From Aquihabitans sp. (GTDB lineage Bacteria; Actinomycetota; Acidimicrobiia; Acidimicrobiales; Iamiaceae): a DNA stretch of 51,860 nt. Shown here piece by piece: positions 10,327 through 19,626 of the stretch. The stretch lies in assembly GCA_036263575.1 (NCBI GenBank), contig DATAGR010000794.1, positions 1 to 51,860 on the forward strand, written 5' to 3'. The stretch's first letter is position 1; each line of letters opens with the position of its first letter. Under the pieces are notes generated by a model. That model ran no database searches. It was not told the origin of the DNA and worked only from the letters and a program-made list of their open reading frames with translations. A program made the position numbers and the translations under genes.

Positions 10327-11496
10327 TTACGCGCCATCATCGGCCTCCTCGGGCCGCGAGCGGGCCGCACCAGCCAGAAGATGGCGGTCCACGGCCGCCC
10401 TCGTCCGCTCCTCCACGTCCGGCCAGAGGTGGGCGTAGGTCTCCAACGTCTCGGTCGGCTTGTCGTGGCCGAGACGGCGCTGCACCACCGTGACCGGCTC
10501 CCCCTCGTGGATCAGCAGCGAGGCGTAGTAGTGCCTCAAGTCGTGCGGCGTCGCCCACTCCGGGATCACCTCGGTCGGCACCTCCGCGCCCCGGGCCTGC
10601 GCCTCCTCACGTCCGGCCAGCCATGCCCGGTACCTCGCCCGGTCGAACGCCGCCGCCATGCCACCCCGTCGCAGCGGGCGACCCTGGCCGCCCGGGAACA
10701 CGAGCCCGCCCCGATCCGCGGCGACCTCGTGGCGGGCGCCCAGCACCTCCAGCGCGGCCGCCGGCAGCGGCACCGTCCGCTCTGACGCCCTCGACTTCGG
10801 CGGCCCCAGCCGGGTCGGCCCCGACGGCGGCTGCAACGCCTGGCGATCCACTCGCACCTCCCGACGCCCCCAGTCCACCCGATCCCACGTCAGGCCGAGC
10901 ACCTCACCCGGGCGCAGGCCGGTCCCGGCCATCACCGTGAACACCGACCCCCAGAACGTCGGTGCATGGTCGATGAGGGCACCCACCTGGACGTCGGTCA
11001 AGGGCACCACCCTCGCCCTGTCCGGCCTCGGGAGCTGGATGCGGACGCACGGCGACGACCCGATCACCCGGTCATCGGCGGCGGCCCGGAACATCGCCGA
11101 GGCGTAGCGGAACGTCACCTCGATCGTCGACGGCGCCAGCGTGTCCTCGAGCCCCCGTACCCATCCCTGGATCTCGGTCCGGCGGACGGCCCCGATCGGC
11201 CGGTCGCCCAGCACGGGGTAGAGCCGCCCCACCAGGGCCCGGCGCTGCACCTCTGCCGTCCCCTCCCGGCAGACCTGGGCGGCCCTCCACCGCTCGCCGT
11301 AGTCCCGTACCGACATGCGCCCGGCGCGGGGGTCGACGTAGGCGTGGGTCGCCATCTGGATCTCGAGCTCGGCGGCGTACTGGTTCGCCGCCGCCGCCCG
11401 ATCGAACGACCGGGACCGCTCGCGGCCGTCAGGGTCGCGCCAGCGCACCCGCCACGTCGTCTTGCCGCCGCGCTTGCGGCGCTCGACGTGGGCCAC
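10327..11496 (-). CDS. int: Tyrosine integrase
   Basis: WRVRWRDPDG arm-binding N-terminus; TGLRPGE, HDLRHYYAS, LGH...TLETYAHL catalytic motifs. Confidence 0.96.
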   Translation of the reverse strand: MAHVERRKRGGKTTWRVRWRDPDGRERSRSFDRAAAANQYAAELEIQMATHAYVDPRAGRMSVRDYGERWRAAQVCREGTAEVQRRALVGRLYPVLGDRPIGAVRRTEIQGWVRGLEDTLAPSTIEVTFRYASAMFRAAADDRVIGSSPCVRIQLPRPDRARVVPLTDVQVGALIDHAPTFWGSVFTVMAGTGLRPGEVLGLTWDRVDWGRREVRVDRQALQPPSGPTRLGPPKSRASERTVPLPAAALEVLGARHEVAADRGGLVFPGGQGRPLRRGGMAAAFDRARYRAWLAGREEAQARGAEVPTEVIPEWATPHDLRHYYASLLIHEGEPVTVVQRRLGHDKPTETLETYAHLWPDVEERTRAAVDRHLLAGAARSRPEEADDGA

Positions 11497-11940
11497 CTAC
11501 GCGACCCCGCGCCCCTCGGGGCGGATCTGCGCCAGCCAGGTCGCGTGTCGGGCGGTCGCCTCGGGGACATCGAAGTGCTCGACCATGTCGTCGACGGTCA
11601 CCGGGTCGCCGGTCGAGAGCCGGGCCCGGACGAAGGCGGCGAGCTCGGTGGGCGGGACGAGCCCGTCGGTGGTGATGCGGCGCACGGTCTCCTCCTCCTT
11701 GTCGTACAGGGCTCGTGGGCAGTCGGTGGGTGGGACGCCTCGCTCGGCGTGGGTGACCTCGTGGGCGAGCACGGCGTTGCGGTCCCGGCGACCGAGGCCC
11801 GAGTCGAGGTAGATGTCCTCGGTGCCGTCGGGGCGGACCTCGATGCGGCCTCGTCCCGATGGGTGGACGTCTCCGAAGTGGAGCCGGGCCTGCTCACGTT
11901 GTCGCAGCCGCCGCCACGGGTTGGTCCTCCCACCGGTCAT
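11497..11940 (-). CDS. ImmA/IrrE-like metallopeptidase (anti-repressor)
   Basis: VLAHEVTHAERG HExxH motif, downstream EE; between repressor and integrase. Confidence 0.85.
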   Translation of the reverse strand: MTGGRTNPWRRLRQREQARLHFGDVHPSGRGRIEVRPDGTEDIYLDSGLGRRDRNAVLAHEVTHAERGVPPTDCPRALYDKEEETVRRITTDGLVPPTELAAFVRARLSTGDPVTVDDMVEHFDVPEATARHATWLAQIRPEGRGVA

Positions 11941-11986
11941 CGGCCGATGGTACGGAGGGCGCGCGACAGTGGGACCGGGCCGCTGG

Positions 11987-12208
11987 TCAGTCGGCCGTCT
12001 TGCCCTTGCCCGACCAGATCAGGAGGGCGCCGAAGGCCACCATGGCGATCGACGGCGCAGCCATGAGGGCCGCCAGGTACCCGTCTGCGAAGGCGTCCCA
12101 GACCCACCAGAGGATCAAGGCGGCTACCAGGCCGATGAGCCCGGCCAGGATGAATGCGGGGCCGAGGGCTCGGTTCTGCGCAGCGGTATCTGTAGAAGTC
12201 GTCTCCAT
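11987..12208 (-). CDS. Small two-TM membrane protein
   Basis: Two hydrophobic stretches; GGGA RBS; in the immunity operon. Confidence 0.7.
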   Translation of the reverse strand: METTSTDTAAQNRALGPAFILAGLIGLVAALILWWVWDAFADGYLAALMAAPSIAMVAFGALLIWSGKGKTAD

Positions 12209-12226
12209 GGTCCCTCCCGGGATCGG

Positions 12227-12820
12227 TCAGGCGTCCCAGTCGGCGCCATAGGGGTCGTCCTCGGCCGGCGTGGAGCCGACGCGGGGGCGGGGTCTGAGGT
12301 CGGTGGGGGAGGGGGCTAGGTGGGCATCGCCTCCCTCCTCGGCGGCGACGGCGAGCGCTTCGTCGAGTGACGCTTCGAGCTCGTCCTCGAACGTCTCGCC
12401 CTGAACCTCGCCGTCCTCGGCCGGGTTGGTGGCGCTCTCGAGGGCGGCCACGCGGTCACGCAGGGCCTCCACTTCGCGCTCGAGCCGCTCGACCTCGTCG
12501 CGAGTGGCGAGGCTGATCGGCTCCCGGCCGGGCCCCCCGACCTCCGCACCGACGCCGGCCAGCGGCGTCGGCTCCCGCCCGGCCCGGATCTCATCGAAAG
12601 CGTCCCCACGCCAGCCGAGGTGCTCGGCGAGGGCGGCGAGGCGGTCGGTCCGGGCGACGGGCTCGCCGGCCAAGAGCTTCTGGATCGTGACCGGTGCCGT
12701 CCTGGCTCCCCGGGCGATCCGGGCGCTTGAAAGTCCACGTTGCTGCATCTCCTGCCGTAGCCGGGCTGCTACCCGGTCCCACCCCTCGTCGGGGTGATCG
12801 GTTGTCACGGCAGGCACCAT
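12227..12820 (-). CDS. Immunity repressor (XRE HTH) with coiled coil and acidic tail
   Basis: RGLSSARIARGARTAPVTIQKLLAG HTH; divergent from Cro-like gene; GAGGAG before ATG 12820. Confidence 0.8.
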   Translation of the reverse strand: MVPAVTTDHPDEGWDRVAARLRQEMQQRGLSSARIARGARTAPVTIQKLLAGEPVARTDRLAALAEHLGWRGDAFDEIRAGREPTPLAGVGAEVGGPGREPISLATRDEVERLEREVEALRDRVAALESATNPAEDGEVQGETFEDELEASLDEALAVAAEEGGDAHLAPSPTDLRPRPRVGSTPAEDDPYGADWDA

Positions 12821-12853
12821 GCGCTCCTCGGCCAGAGAAATACAGCGGCCCGG

Positions 12854-12988
12854 AGCGAACATTAGCGAACCTCTCTCAAAGAACACTGCTGTAAGTACGC
12901 CGTTGTCGTCGGGCTGACCTGCCGTAACGGGTTCGCTGAAACGAAGTCGAACGTACCTATTGCAAGTTCGCTCGACTTCGCTTAGGGT
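12854..12988. promoter_or_regulatory. Lysis/lysogeny switch: operator repeats and rightward promoter
   Basis: AGCGAAC at 12854 and 12864; GTTCGCT at 12931 and 12966; CTTCGCT at 12976; TTGCAA(12960)-N17-TAGGGT(12983), 7 nt before ATG 12996. Confidence 0.7.
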
Positions 12989-12995
12989 CTGCGCC

Positions 12996-13223
12996 ATGCA
13001 GATCAACCGCCACGCACTGAGCGACTTCATGGAGGGGGAGGGGCTCCGGCTCACCGACCTGTCCGCGAAGTCGGGCGTGTCGATCTCCTTCCTGTCCGAG
13101 CTCCGCTCCGGCAGCCGCACCGAGGCTTCCGCCGCCACGGTCAGGAAGATCGCCGACGCCCTCAACGTCCGGGTCCGGTCCCTCATGGCCAACCCGAACG
13201 AGTCCGACGAGCAGGCCGCGTGA
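12996..13223 (+). CDS. Cro-like HTH regulator
   Basis: LTDLSAKSGVSISFLSELRSG...TVRKIADAL. Confidence 0.88.
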   Translation: MQINRHALSDFMEGEGLRLTDLSAKSGVSISFLSELRSGSRTEASAATVRKIADALNVRVRSLMANPNESDEQAA

Positions 13224-13651
13224 TGGCCACCGACCTCCGCTCCGCCCGCCGTCGGCACCCCGCCGGCCGGGACCTGCCCCGCCCCGGCGACATCTACGAC
13301 CTCCCCGGCGACGACGACACGGGCTGGGGCGCCTGCCGGGCCCTCCTCTGGGAGACCGACGTCGCCGACGCCAACGGCGCCAACCGGGTGGCCGGCGTCC
13401 ACGACTGGTGGATCATCGCCAGCAACACCCTCGCCACCGGCGTCGTCACCACCATCGACATCACCGGCGGCACCTACGTCGGCCGCGACGCCGCCCTCCT
13501 CGTCCACCTCCGGGCGCAGCACGATCCGGTCGAGTCGCTCCTCTGCGACGAGCCCGCCCAGGACGACACCGACCTCGTCCCGCTGCTCGAGCAGTCGGTG
13601 GCCATCGCCCAGGCCGCCCGCCGCCAGCGCCACCCCGAGGACGCGGCATGA
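13220..13651 (+). CDS. Hypothetical protein
   Basis: Overlapping start/stop coupling on both sides. Confidence 0.65.
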   Translation: MMATDLRSARRRHPAGRDLPRPGDIYDLPGDDDTGWGACRALLWETDVADANGANRVAGVHDWWIIASNTLATGVVTTIDITGGTYVGRDAALLVHLRAQHDPVESLLCDEPAQDDTDLVPLLEQSVAIAQAARRQRHPEDAA

Positions 13652-13833
13652 CCGACGCCCGCTTCCTCACCGTCGCCCAGCTCGCCGCCGAGCTCGGGAT
13701 CTCCCGCAGCGCCGCCTACAACCTCACCGGCCGCGGCGCCCTCCCCGTCGTCAAGATCGGCGACTCGATCCGTGTCGAGCGCACCGCCGTCGAGGCCTTC
13801 ATCGCTGCCGGCGGCGAGCGGGTGGCCGGATGA
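13648..13833 (+). CDS. Excisionase-like HTH protein
   Basis: FLTVAQLAAELGISRSAAYNL...LPVVKIGDSIRV. Confidence 0.85.
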   Translation: MTDARFLTVAQLAAELGISRSAAYNLTGRGALPVVKIGDSIRVERTAVEAFIAAGGERVAG

Positions 13834-13958
13834 CCCGCCGCCTGCTCCTCGCCCTCGGCCTCGTCGTCGTCGTCATCTGCTGCGTCCTCATCGTCCTCGA
13901 CGACCCCGCCGCCACCCCCGCACCGACCACCACCACCACCCACGGAGGCACCCCGTGA
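13830..13958 (+). CDS. Small membrane protein (42 aa)
   Basis: MTRRLLLALGLVVVVICCVLIVL; ATGA/GTGA coupling. Confidence 0.55.
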   Translation: MTRRLLLALGLVVVVICCVLIVLDDPAATPAPTTTTTHGGTP

Positions 13959-14200
13959 CCACGATCAGCCGCGAAGGCACCACCTACCTCGACCGGTCCG
14001 CCGGCATCAACGTGTTCCGACCCGACGAGGGCGTCACGATCCCCGCCGACCTGCTGGCCGAGGTCATCGAGGAGCTCGCCGGGCTCGGCATGTGCCACGC
14101 CGGCGCCACGCTCCCCGCCAACGTCATCGCGGACTGCCGCGACCTGGCCGAGCGAGTCGAGGCCATCGTCCTCGGCGTCGAGCCGGAGGCGGCGGCATGA
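13955..14200 (+). CDS. Hypothetical protein
   Basis: GGAGG RBS, GTG start, coupled. Confidence 0.6.
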   Translation: MTTISREGTTYLDRSAGINVFRPDEGVTIPADLLAEVIEELAGLGMCHAGATLPANVIADCRDLAERVEAIVLGVEPEAAA

Positions 14201-14388
14201 GCGACTCCGTCTTCCTCACCGACCTGGTCTGGCTCACCATCGGCGCCGCCCTCATCGGCTGGGCCTGGGTCTGCCTCCGCCCCACGATCCTCGACAACCT
14301 CGAGGACATCGCCCGGGCGTACCTGCGCCACCGCGATCGCACCCATGTCCGCCGGCTCGCCCGGCGCAGCCCGCAGGTCGGGCGATGA
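14197..14388 (+). CDS. Small membrane protein
   Basis: LVWLTIGAALIGWAWV; coupled. Confidence 0.6.
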   Translation: MSDSVFLTDLVWLTIGAALIGWAWVCLRPTILDNLEDIARAYLRHRDRTHVRRLARRSPQVGR

Positions 14389-14600
14389 TCCGGGTCCCGC
14401 TCGACCTGCACGGCGCCCGCGGCCACGCCGCCGACATCATCGTCGAGGACGTTGACGGCGAGGTCTCGCTGACCCTTGACGCCGAGCAACCTGGCGACCG
14501 CCCCCAGGACGATCAGCCCGTCGACCGCACGTTGCGACCGCACGAGGCTCGCGCTCTCGCCGCCGCCCTCTGGCACTACGCCGCGGAGGCCGAGCGATGA
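14385..14600 (+). CDS. Hypothetical protein
   Basis: Coupled; LRPHEARALAAAL helix. Confidence 0.6.
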   Translation: MIRVPLDLHGARGHAADIIVEDVDGEVSLTLDAEQPGDRPQDDQPVDRTLRPHEARALAAALWHYAAEAER

Positions 14601-16363
14601 CCCTCACCGCCGAGCCCACCCAGGCCGTCCAGCAGTTCCTTCTCGACGGCGGCGCCCCGCCCGCCCCCGACGCCCAGCTCGTCCGCAACGGCAGGTACCA
14701 CATCCCCGACCCCGAGACCGGCAAGCCCCGGACGTGGCAGCGGGCCTCCAACTTCGCCAAGCTCCTCGACTCCTCCGAGGGGCTGACCAAGTGGAAGCAG
14801 CGGATGGAGGCCATCGGCTTCGTCCGACGCGGCGACCTCCACATCGCCGCCGCAGCCGCCGCCGGCGAGCTCGTCGACGCTGAGGCCGCCCTGAGCGCTG
14901 CTGGTGACGACCCGCCCGACAACCTCGTCGCAGCCGTCAAGAAGGCCAAGAGCGACCTCGACGCCGTCATCGACGCCGCCATCGACGCCGCCGGCGGCAC
15001 CGCCTCGGCCACCACCGGCACCGCCCTCCACTCGTTCCTCGAGCGCATCAACAAGGGGCAGCGCAACGTCGACGTGCCCGCCGCATGGCGCCCCGACATC
15101 GCCGCCTACCGCCGCGAGGTCGACCGGCTCGGGCTCGCCCCGATCCACCACGAGATCATCGTCGTCAACCCCCGCCTCGGCGTCGCCGGCCGCTTCGACC
15201 TGCTCGCCCGCACCATCCACCGGCCGCTCCCGCTGGTCTGCGACTACAAGACGGGCAAGGTCGACGGCAAGGCGCTCTCCCACGCCCTCCAGATGGTCGC
15301 CTACGCCACCGCGACCCACATCTATGACCCGACCACCGGGACCTTCACCCCGATGCCCGAGGTCGACCAGACCGAGGCGCTCATCATCCACCTGCCCCAG
15401 GGCCAGGGCGAGTGCACCACCTACTCCGTCGACCTCGTCCGCGGCATCGAGCTCGCCGACCTCGCCCTCGCCGTCCGCGACTCCCGCTCGGGGAACAAGG
15501 CCCTCCAGGTCCCCTTCGACACGACCGCCGGCACCTGGCCCACCCCCGAGCCCACCGACGCCGGCCCCCCCGACGAGGCCCCCGCCGACCGCACCACCTG
15601 GATCCGCGACCGCCTCGCCGTCCTCAAGGACCAGCCCGCCGCCGTCGAGGCCATCCGGTTCGGGTGGCCCGAAGGCGTCCCGGCCCAGCCGCCGTGGACC
15701 GACGAGCAGGCCGATGCCATCTGCGCCACCCTGTCGGCCGCCGAGACGGCGTGCGCCGCACCCTTCCCGGCACCCGACCCCGACGCCGAGGCCGAGCTGG
15801 CCGAGGCCCGCCAGGCCGTCGTCGGCGACGATCCCGAGCCGGCCCCGCCCCGGGCCCCCGACTGGCCCATCGACGACGACGGCACGCCCGCCGAGGCCGC
15901 CGACCTGGAGGCCATCGCCGCCTCGGTCGCCTCGCTCACCGACGCCCAGCGCGACCGGGTGGCCGAATGGGCTCGCTCCGCCCTCCAGACCGGCGCCCCG
16001 TTCGCCGGGCCGAACCAGACCGCCCGGACCGCCGCCATCTGCGCGGCGGTCACCCGGCTGGTCGCCGACCTCTGGGACGACGGCCCCGCCGACCACGAGG
16101 CCCTCGCCCGGGCCGCCATCGTGATGGCCGTCTCGGGCCACATCGACGGCCCCCTCTCCATCGTCCCCTCGTGGGAGACCGGCGCCGTCCTCGGCCGCCT
16201 CGCCCACGAGGAGGCCCTCCGCCTCGTCGAGATCGCCGCCGGCTTCGCCGCCGGAGACGACGAGGTCAACGACCAGCTCGTCGAGATCATCTTCGCCGCA
16301 GACGCGGCGTCCACCACCGCCGCAACCGCGACGGACCCCATGCCCCAGGAGGCAACCCAATGA
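14597..16363 (+). CDS. PD-(D/E)XK (RecE/Cas4-like) exonuclease with long C-terminal extension
   Basis: GTALHSFLE...E...AGRFDL...DYKTG...QMVAYA. Confidence 0.8.
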   Translation: MTLTAEPTQAVQQFLLDGGAPPAPDAQLVRNGRYHIPDPETGKPRTWQRASNFAKLLDSSEGLTKWKQRMEAIGFVRRGDLHIAAAAAAGELVDAEAALSAAGDDPPDNLVAAVKKAKSDLDAVIDAAIDAAGGTASATTGTALHSFLERINKGQRNVDVPAAWRPDIAAYRREVDRLGLAPIHHEIIVVNPRLGVAGRFDLLARTIHRPLPLVCDYKTGKVDGKALSHALQMVAYATATHIYDPTTGTFTPMPEVDQTEALIIHLPQGQGECTTYSVDLVRGIELADLALAVRDSRSGNKALQVPFDTTAGTWPTPEPTDAGPPDEAPADRTTWIRDRLAVLKDQPAAVEAIRFGWPEGVPAQPPWTDEQADAICATLSAAETACAAPFPAPDPDAEAELAEARQAVVGDDPEPAPPRAPDWPIDDDGTPAEAADLEAIAASVASLTDAQRDRVAEWARSALQTGAPFAGPNQTARTAAICAAVTRLVADLWDDGPADHEALARAAIVMAVSGHIDGPLSIVPSWETGAVLGRLAHEEALRLVEIAAGFAAGDDEVNDQLVEIIFAADAASTTAATATDPMPQEATQ

Positions 16364-16836
16364 GCACCCCCGAAGACTTCCTCGCCGAGAACAGCAAGGA
16401 GTTCGAGTCCAACCCGCCGTTCAAGTTCTCGGCCCCCGGCGACGCCATCGTCGGCGTCATCGTGTCCGAGCCCCGGGTCGTCGAGGTCGACGACCTCAAC
16501 GGCAACGGCAAGGTCAACAAGCTGGTGCTGGACGTGAAGTCCAACGCCGACGGCGAGACCTACGCCCTGTGGGTCAACAAGGGCGCCATGGCCCGCGCCG
16601 TGGCCAAGGCGTGCCGGGAGGCCGGCGTGGCCGGTATCGCCGAGGGCGGCACCATCGCCCTCCAGCACACCTCGGTGGCCGCACCGTCCCGCCCGGGGTT
16701 CAACGGCGCGAAGCAGTACGCCGCCAAGTACCAGGCGCCGACGCCGACGGTCGACGTCGGTGCCGTCTTCGGCTCCGACGCCGCCCAGGCCCCCGCCACC
16801 GACCCGTTCGCCGGCATCGGCAACCCGGCGGCCTGA
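16360..16836 (+). CDS. Putative single-stranded DNA-binding protein
   Basis: KFSAPGDAIVGVI OB-like fold, AKQYAAKY, DPF near the C-terminus; follows nuclease. Confidence 0.55.
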   Translation: MSTPEDFLAENSKEFESNPPFKFSAPGDAIVGVIVSEPRVVEVDDLNGNGKVNKLVLDVKSNADGETYALWVNKGAMARAVAKACREAGVAGIAEGGTIALQHTSVAAPSRPGFNGAKQYAAKYQAPTPTVDVGAVFGSDAAQAPATDPFAGIGNPAA

Positions 16837-16844
16837 CCACTTCC

Positions 16845-17057
16845 ATGAACGGCACCCCAACCACCGACCCCGCCCCGGGCACGAGGCCCGGGGCGGGGCG
16901 GCGGCCCTCGGCCGCCATCACCGAGCAGACGATCCACCTCTCGGGCGGACGCACGACGACCGTGGGCGCGCTCCTGGCCTCTGCCGGCATCGAGGACACC
17001 CCTGCCGCTCGGCATGTCGCCGCGATCATCCTGACCGCCGTTGGAGGCACCCCATGA
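16845..17057 (+). CDS. Hypothetical protein
   Basis: Fills gap; coupled to the next gene. Confidence 0.4.
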   Translation: MNGTPTTDPAPGTRPGAGRRPSAAITEQTIHLSGGRTTTVGALLASAGIEDTPAARHVAAIILTAVGGTP

Positions 17058-17383
17058 CCGACACCCGACCAGCCCGACCGCTCCGTCGCCAGCGGGACTG
17101 CGACCTGGCCACCTCCCACGACCTCGCCGCCCTCGACGACGCCGGGATCACCTACGAGATCGTCGAGACCTCCGGCCAGGCGACGACGCTGTGCCTCTCG
17201 CACGTCGACCTGCACGACCTCGCCGACGTGCTGCGCCGAGGAGACGTCGCCACCACCGACCACCCGCTCAAGAAGATCCTGGACGAGATCGAGGCGGCCG
17301 CAGAGGAGGCCGAGGCCGCCGCCGATCAGCTCAAGTGGGCCGCCCGCGACCTCGCACGCGACGCCCGCAAGGCCGCCGCATGA
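17054..17383 (+). CDS. Hypothetical protein
   Basis: GGAGG RBS; coupled. Confidence 0.6.
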   Translation: MTDTRPARPLRRQRDCDLATSHDLAALDDAGITYEIVETSGQATTLCLSHVDLHDLADVLRRGDVATTDHPLKKILDEIEAAAEEAEAAADQLKWAARDLARDARKAAA

Positions 17384-18441
17384 AGGCCACCGCCCCCACC
17401 ACCGAGCTGCGCCGCATCGTCGGCGTCGCCGCCCGCGCCGCTGGCAAGGGCATCGCCCGCCCCGTCCTCGGCGGCGCCCACCTCCACCTCGACGACGACG
17501 GCAACCTCACCGCCACCGGCACCGACATCGACCTCACCATGTCGGCCCGCACCACCGTCGACGGAGGCGACCCCGGCGCCGTCGTCATCCCCGCCGCCCG
17601 ACTCGCCGCGGTGCTCGGCAAGATCAAGGCCGACGAGATCGCCCTCGCCACCGAGGACGACGAGGCCATCATCACCGCAGGGCGCACCACCGTCCGGCTC
17701 CGCTGCCTCCCGCTGGAGGAGTGGCCCCGCATCGCCGAGCCCGACGGGGAGCCCGCAGACCTCGACGCAGAGGTCTGGGACCGCATCGCCCGGGTCGCCA
17801 TCGCCGCCTCGGCCGACGTCAACCGCCCCACCATCCAGGCCGTCCAGTTCCACGACGGCCAGGCCGCCGGCACCGACTCCTACCGGCTCCACTGGACCCC
17901 CATCCCCGACGGCCTCGACGCCCTCGTCCCCGGACGGGCCATCACCGAGGCCCGACGCCTCGGCGACACGGTCACCATGGCCACCGGCACCAACCACGCC
18001 ACCTTCACCGCAGAGGGCGGCATCGTCACCACCCGCCTCGTCGACGGCAGCTTCCCCAAGTGGGGCGCCCTCGTCCCCACCACCGTCGCCTCGGTCACCG
18101 TCGACCGCGACGAGCTGCTCGAGGCCATGGGCATCGCCGAGGTCATCCACGACGACGACGCCAAGGCCCCCATCCGGCTCAACATCACCCCCGACCAGGT
18201 CGAGGTCACGAAGACCGGGGCCAGCGTCGGCCAGGCCGCCACCACCATCGACGCCACCACCGACGAGGTCGACACGGGCGGCCTCGTCATCGGCTACAAC
18301 CCGACCTTCCTGGCCCAGGCCGTCGGCGTCGTCGCCCCCGACGGCGGCCCCGTGACCATCGGCTTCGTCGACGCCACCAAGCCCTCCCGGCTCGCCGGCG
18401 CAGGGATCGAGACCCTCGTCATGCCGGTGCGGGTGACGTGA
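17380..18441 (+). CDS. dnaN: DNA polymerase III beta sliding clamp-like protein
   Basis: RPVLGG...ATGTDID, GTDSYRL, TRLVDGSFP, IGYNPTFL, LVMPVR. Confidence 0.88.
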   Translation: MKATAPTTELRRIVGVAARAAGKGIARPVLGGAHLHLDDDGNLTATGTDIDLTMSARTTVDGGDPGAVVIPAARLAAVLGKIKADEIALATEDDEAIITAGRTTVRLRCLPLEEWPRIAEPDGEPADLDAEVWDRIARVAIAASADVNRPTIQAVQFHDGQAAGTDSYRLHWTPIPDGLDALVPGRAITEARRLGDTVTMATGTNHATFTAEGGIVTTRLVDGSFPKWGALVPTTVASVTVDRDELLEAMGIAEVIHDDDAKAPIRLNITPDQVEVTKTGASVGQAATTIDATTDEVDTGGLVIGYNPTFLAQAVGVVAPDGGPVTIGFVDATKPSRLAGAGIETLVMPVRVT

Positions 18442-18998
18442 TGGATCCGGTGCTCGACAAGCGCTGCCCTGCCCCGGAGCCCCACCGACCCCACGAGTGG
18501 TGGCACGGGCAGCACACGCCCGCCCTCTGCCCCGGCCACAAGTGGCAACCGGTGGGGGACGACGACGAAGCCACGCCGATGTACTGGCTGCTCGCCCGGG
18601 TGGAAGCGGGCCACGCCTACGCCGGCGACGTCCTCGCCCTCGCCACCGAGGTCCGACGCCTGCGGGCTGCTGGTTCTCCTGCTGTGCCCCCAGCCCCAGA
18701 CGAACCGCCCACCGCGCAGGCAGCCGCGGTCGTCTCCGCCGCGCTGCGGTGGCGACAGAGCCGCTTCGACCGGGAGGGAGGGACGGCGGGCCAGTACGTC
18801 GTCCAGTGCAACGCCTTGGTTGAGGCGATCGACGCATACCTCGCCGCTGCTGTGCCCCCAGCCCCAGACGAACCACCCACGCGGGTCACGGTGGACGACG
18901 ACGGCGCGGTGATGATCGACGGCCACATCGCCGGGACGATCTGGCACGCCTCCGACCTGGAGACGGTCCGGGCCGCGATGCGGGGTGAGTCACGATGA
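18441..18998 (+). CDS. Hypothetical mosaic protein
   Basis: Two AVPPAPDEPPT linkers. Confidence 0.6.
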   Translation: MDPVLDKRCPAPEPHRPHEWWHGQHTPALCPGHKWQPVGDDDEATPMYWLLARVEAGHAYAGDVLALATEVRRLRAAGSPAVPPAPDEPPTAQAAAVVSAALRWRQSRFDREGGTAGQYVVQCNALVEAIDAYLAAAVPPAPDEPPTRVTVDDDGAVMIDGHIAGTIWHASDLETVRAAMRGESR

Positions 18999-19152
18999 CC
19001 GAGCCACGACCAACCCCGCCCGCCCTGTCTCCGTGGGAAACCGACGAGGTCGGCGCTCTAGGAATGGAGTGGGCCGCCTACGCCATGGAGTTGTCCGGCT
19101 GGATCGACCGCCGCCTCGCTGCTGTGCCCCCGGCCCCAGACGAACCACCCAC
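18681..19152 (+). repeat. Three 32-bp direct repeats GCTGTGCCCCC(A/G)GCCCCAGACGAACC(G/A)CCCAC
   Basis: Copies at 18681, 18849, 19121. Confidence 0.9.
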
Positions 19153-19312
19153 AGCAGCCCGCAGCGCCGACGAGGTCGCCCAGTTCGTCTTGCGGGCCTG
19201 GGGCGAGCGGCACGGGTTCATGCCTCGTCACGATCAGGACTGGCTTGTGGAGACGATCCACACTGCTCTCGCCCGTCCCGAACCGGAGACCCCCGGGGAG
19301 GTTCCGTCGTGA
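18995..19312 (+). CDS. Hypothetical protein
   Basis: Coupled; carries the third linker repeat. Confidence 0.6.
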   Translation: MTEPRPTPPALSPWETDEVGALGMEWAAYAMELSGWIDRRLAAVPPAPDEPPTAARSADEVAQFVLRAWGERHGFMPRHDQDWLVETIHTALARPEPETPGEVPS

Positions 19313-19626
19313 GCGGTGGAGCCCCCAACCCCGACCGATGGGACGGCCTGCGGGAGCAGATCACGCGACTTGGACCCCACCTCGGTGGGCAGGCTGACGG
19401 ATGGCGCGTCCCCTTCGTCTTCTCCGACGTCAAGGCGCTGCTGGCTGATCGGGATGCTGCTGTAGCCCGAGCCGACCGAGCCGAGACGCTGATCGCTGAG
19501 TGGCGGTCGATCGGCCACACCGGACCCAGCGATCGTCGGACGCAGATGCACTACGCGTTCACCCGCTGCGCTGACCAACTGGCGGCTGCTCTGGCTGGTG
19601 TCGGGGACCAGGAGACACCCAAGTGA
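19309..19626 (+). CDS. Hypothetical protein
   Basis: GGAGG RBS, GTGA coupling. Confidence 0.55.
   Translation: MSGGAPNPDRWDGLREQITRLGPHLGGQADGWRVPFVFSDVKALLADRDAAVARADRAETLIAEWRSIGHTGPSDRRTQMHYAFTRCADQLAAALAGVGDQETPK

Noticed and set aside
7345-10785. 1146-aa ORF and similar long alternate-frame or antisense ORFs genome-wide
   Set aside because: Arg/Pro-rich shadow frames expected at high GC, overlapping better-supported genes.
12974-12989. Self-target of tract 3: the reverse complement of its concatenated NN (GACTTTGCTT...) resembles GACTTCGCTT in the cro promoter
   Set aside because: Only 9/10 contiguous before breaking down; compatible with chance and not tested statistically.
14597-16363. 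Cas4 acting as an adaptation gene for the RAMP cassette
   Set aside because: It sits in the recombination module 16 kb away and shows no Fe-S Cys pattern; an ordinary phage exonuclease.
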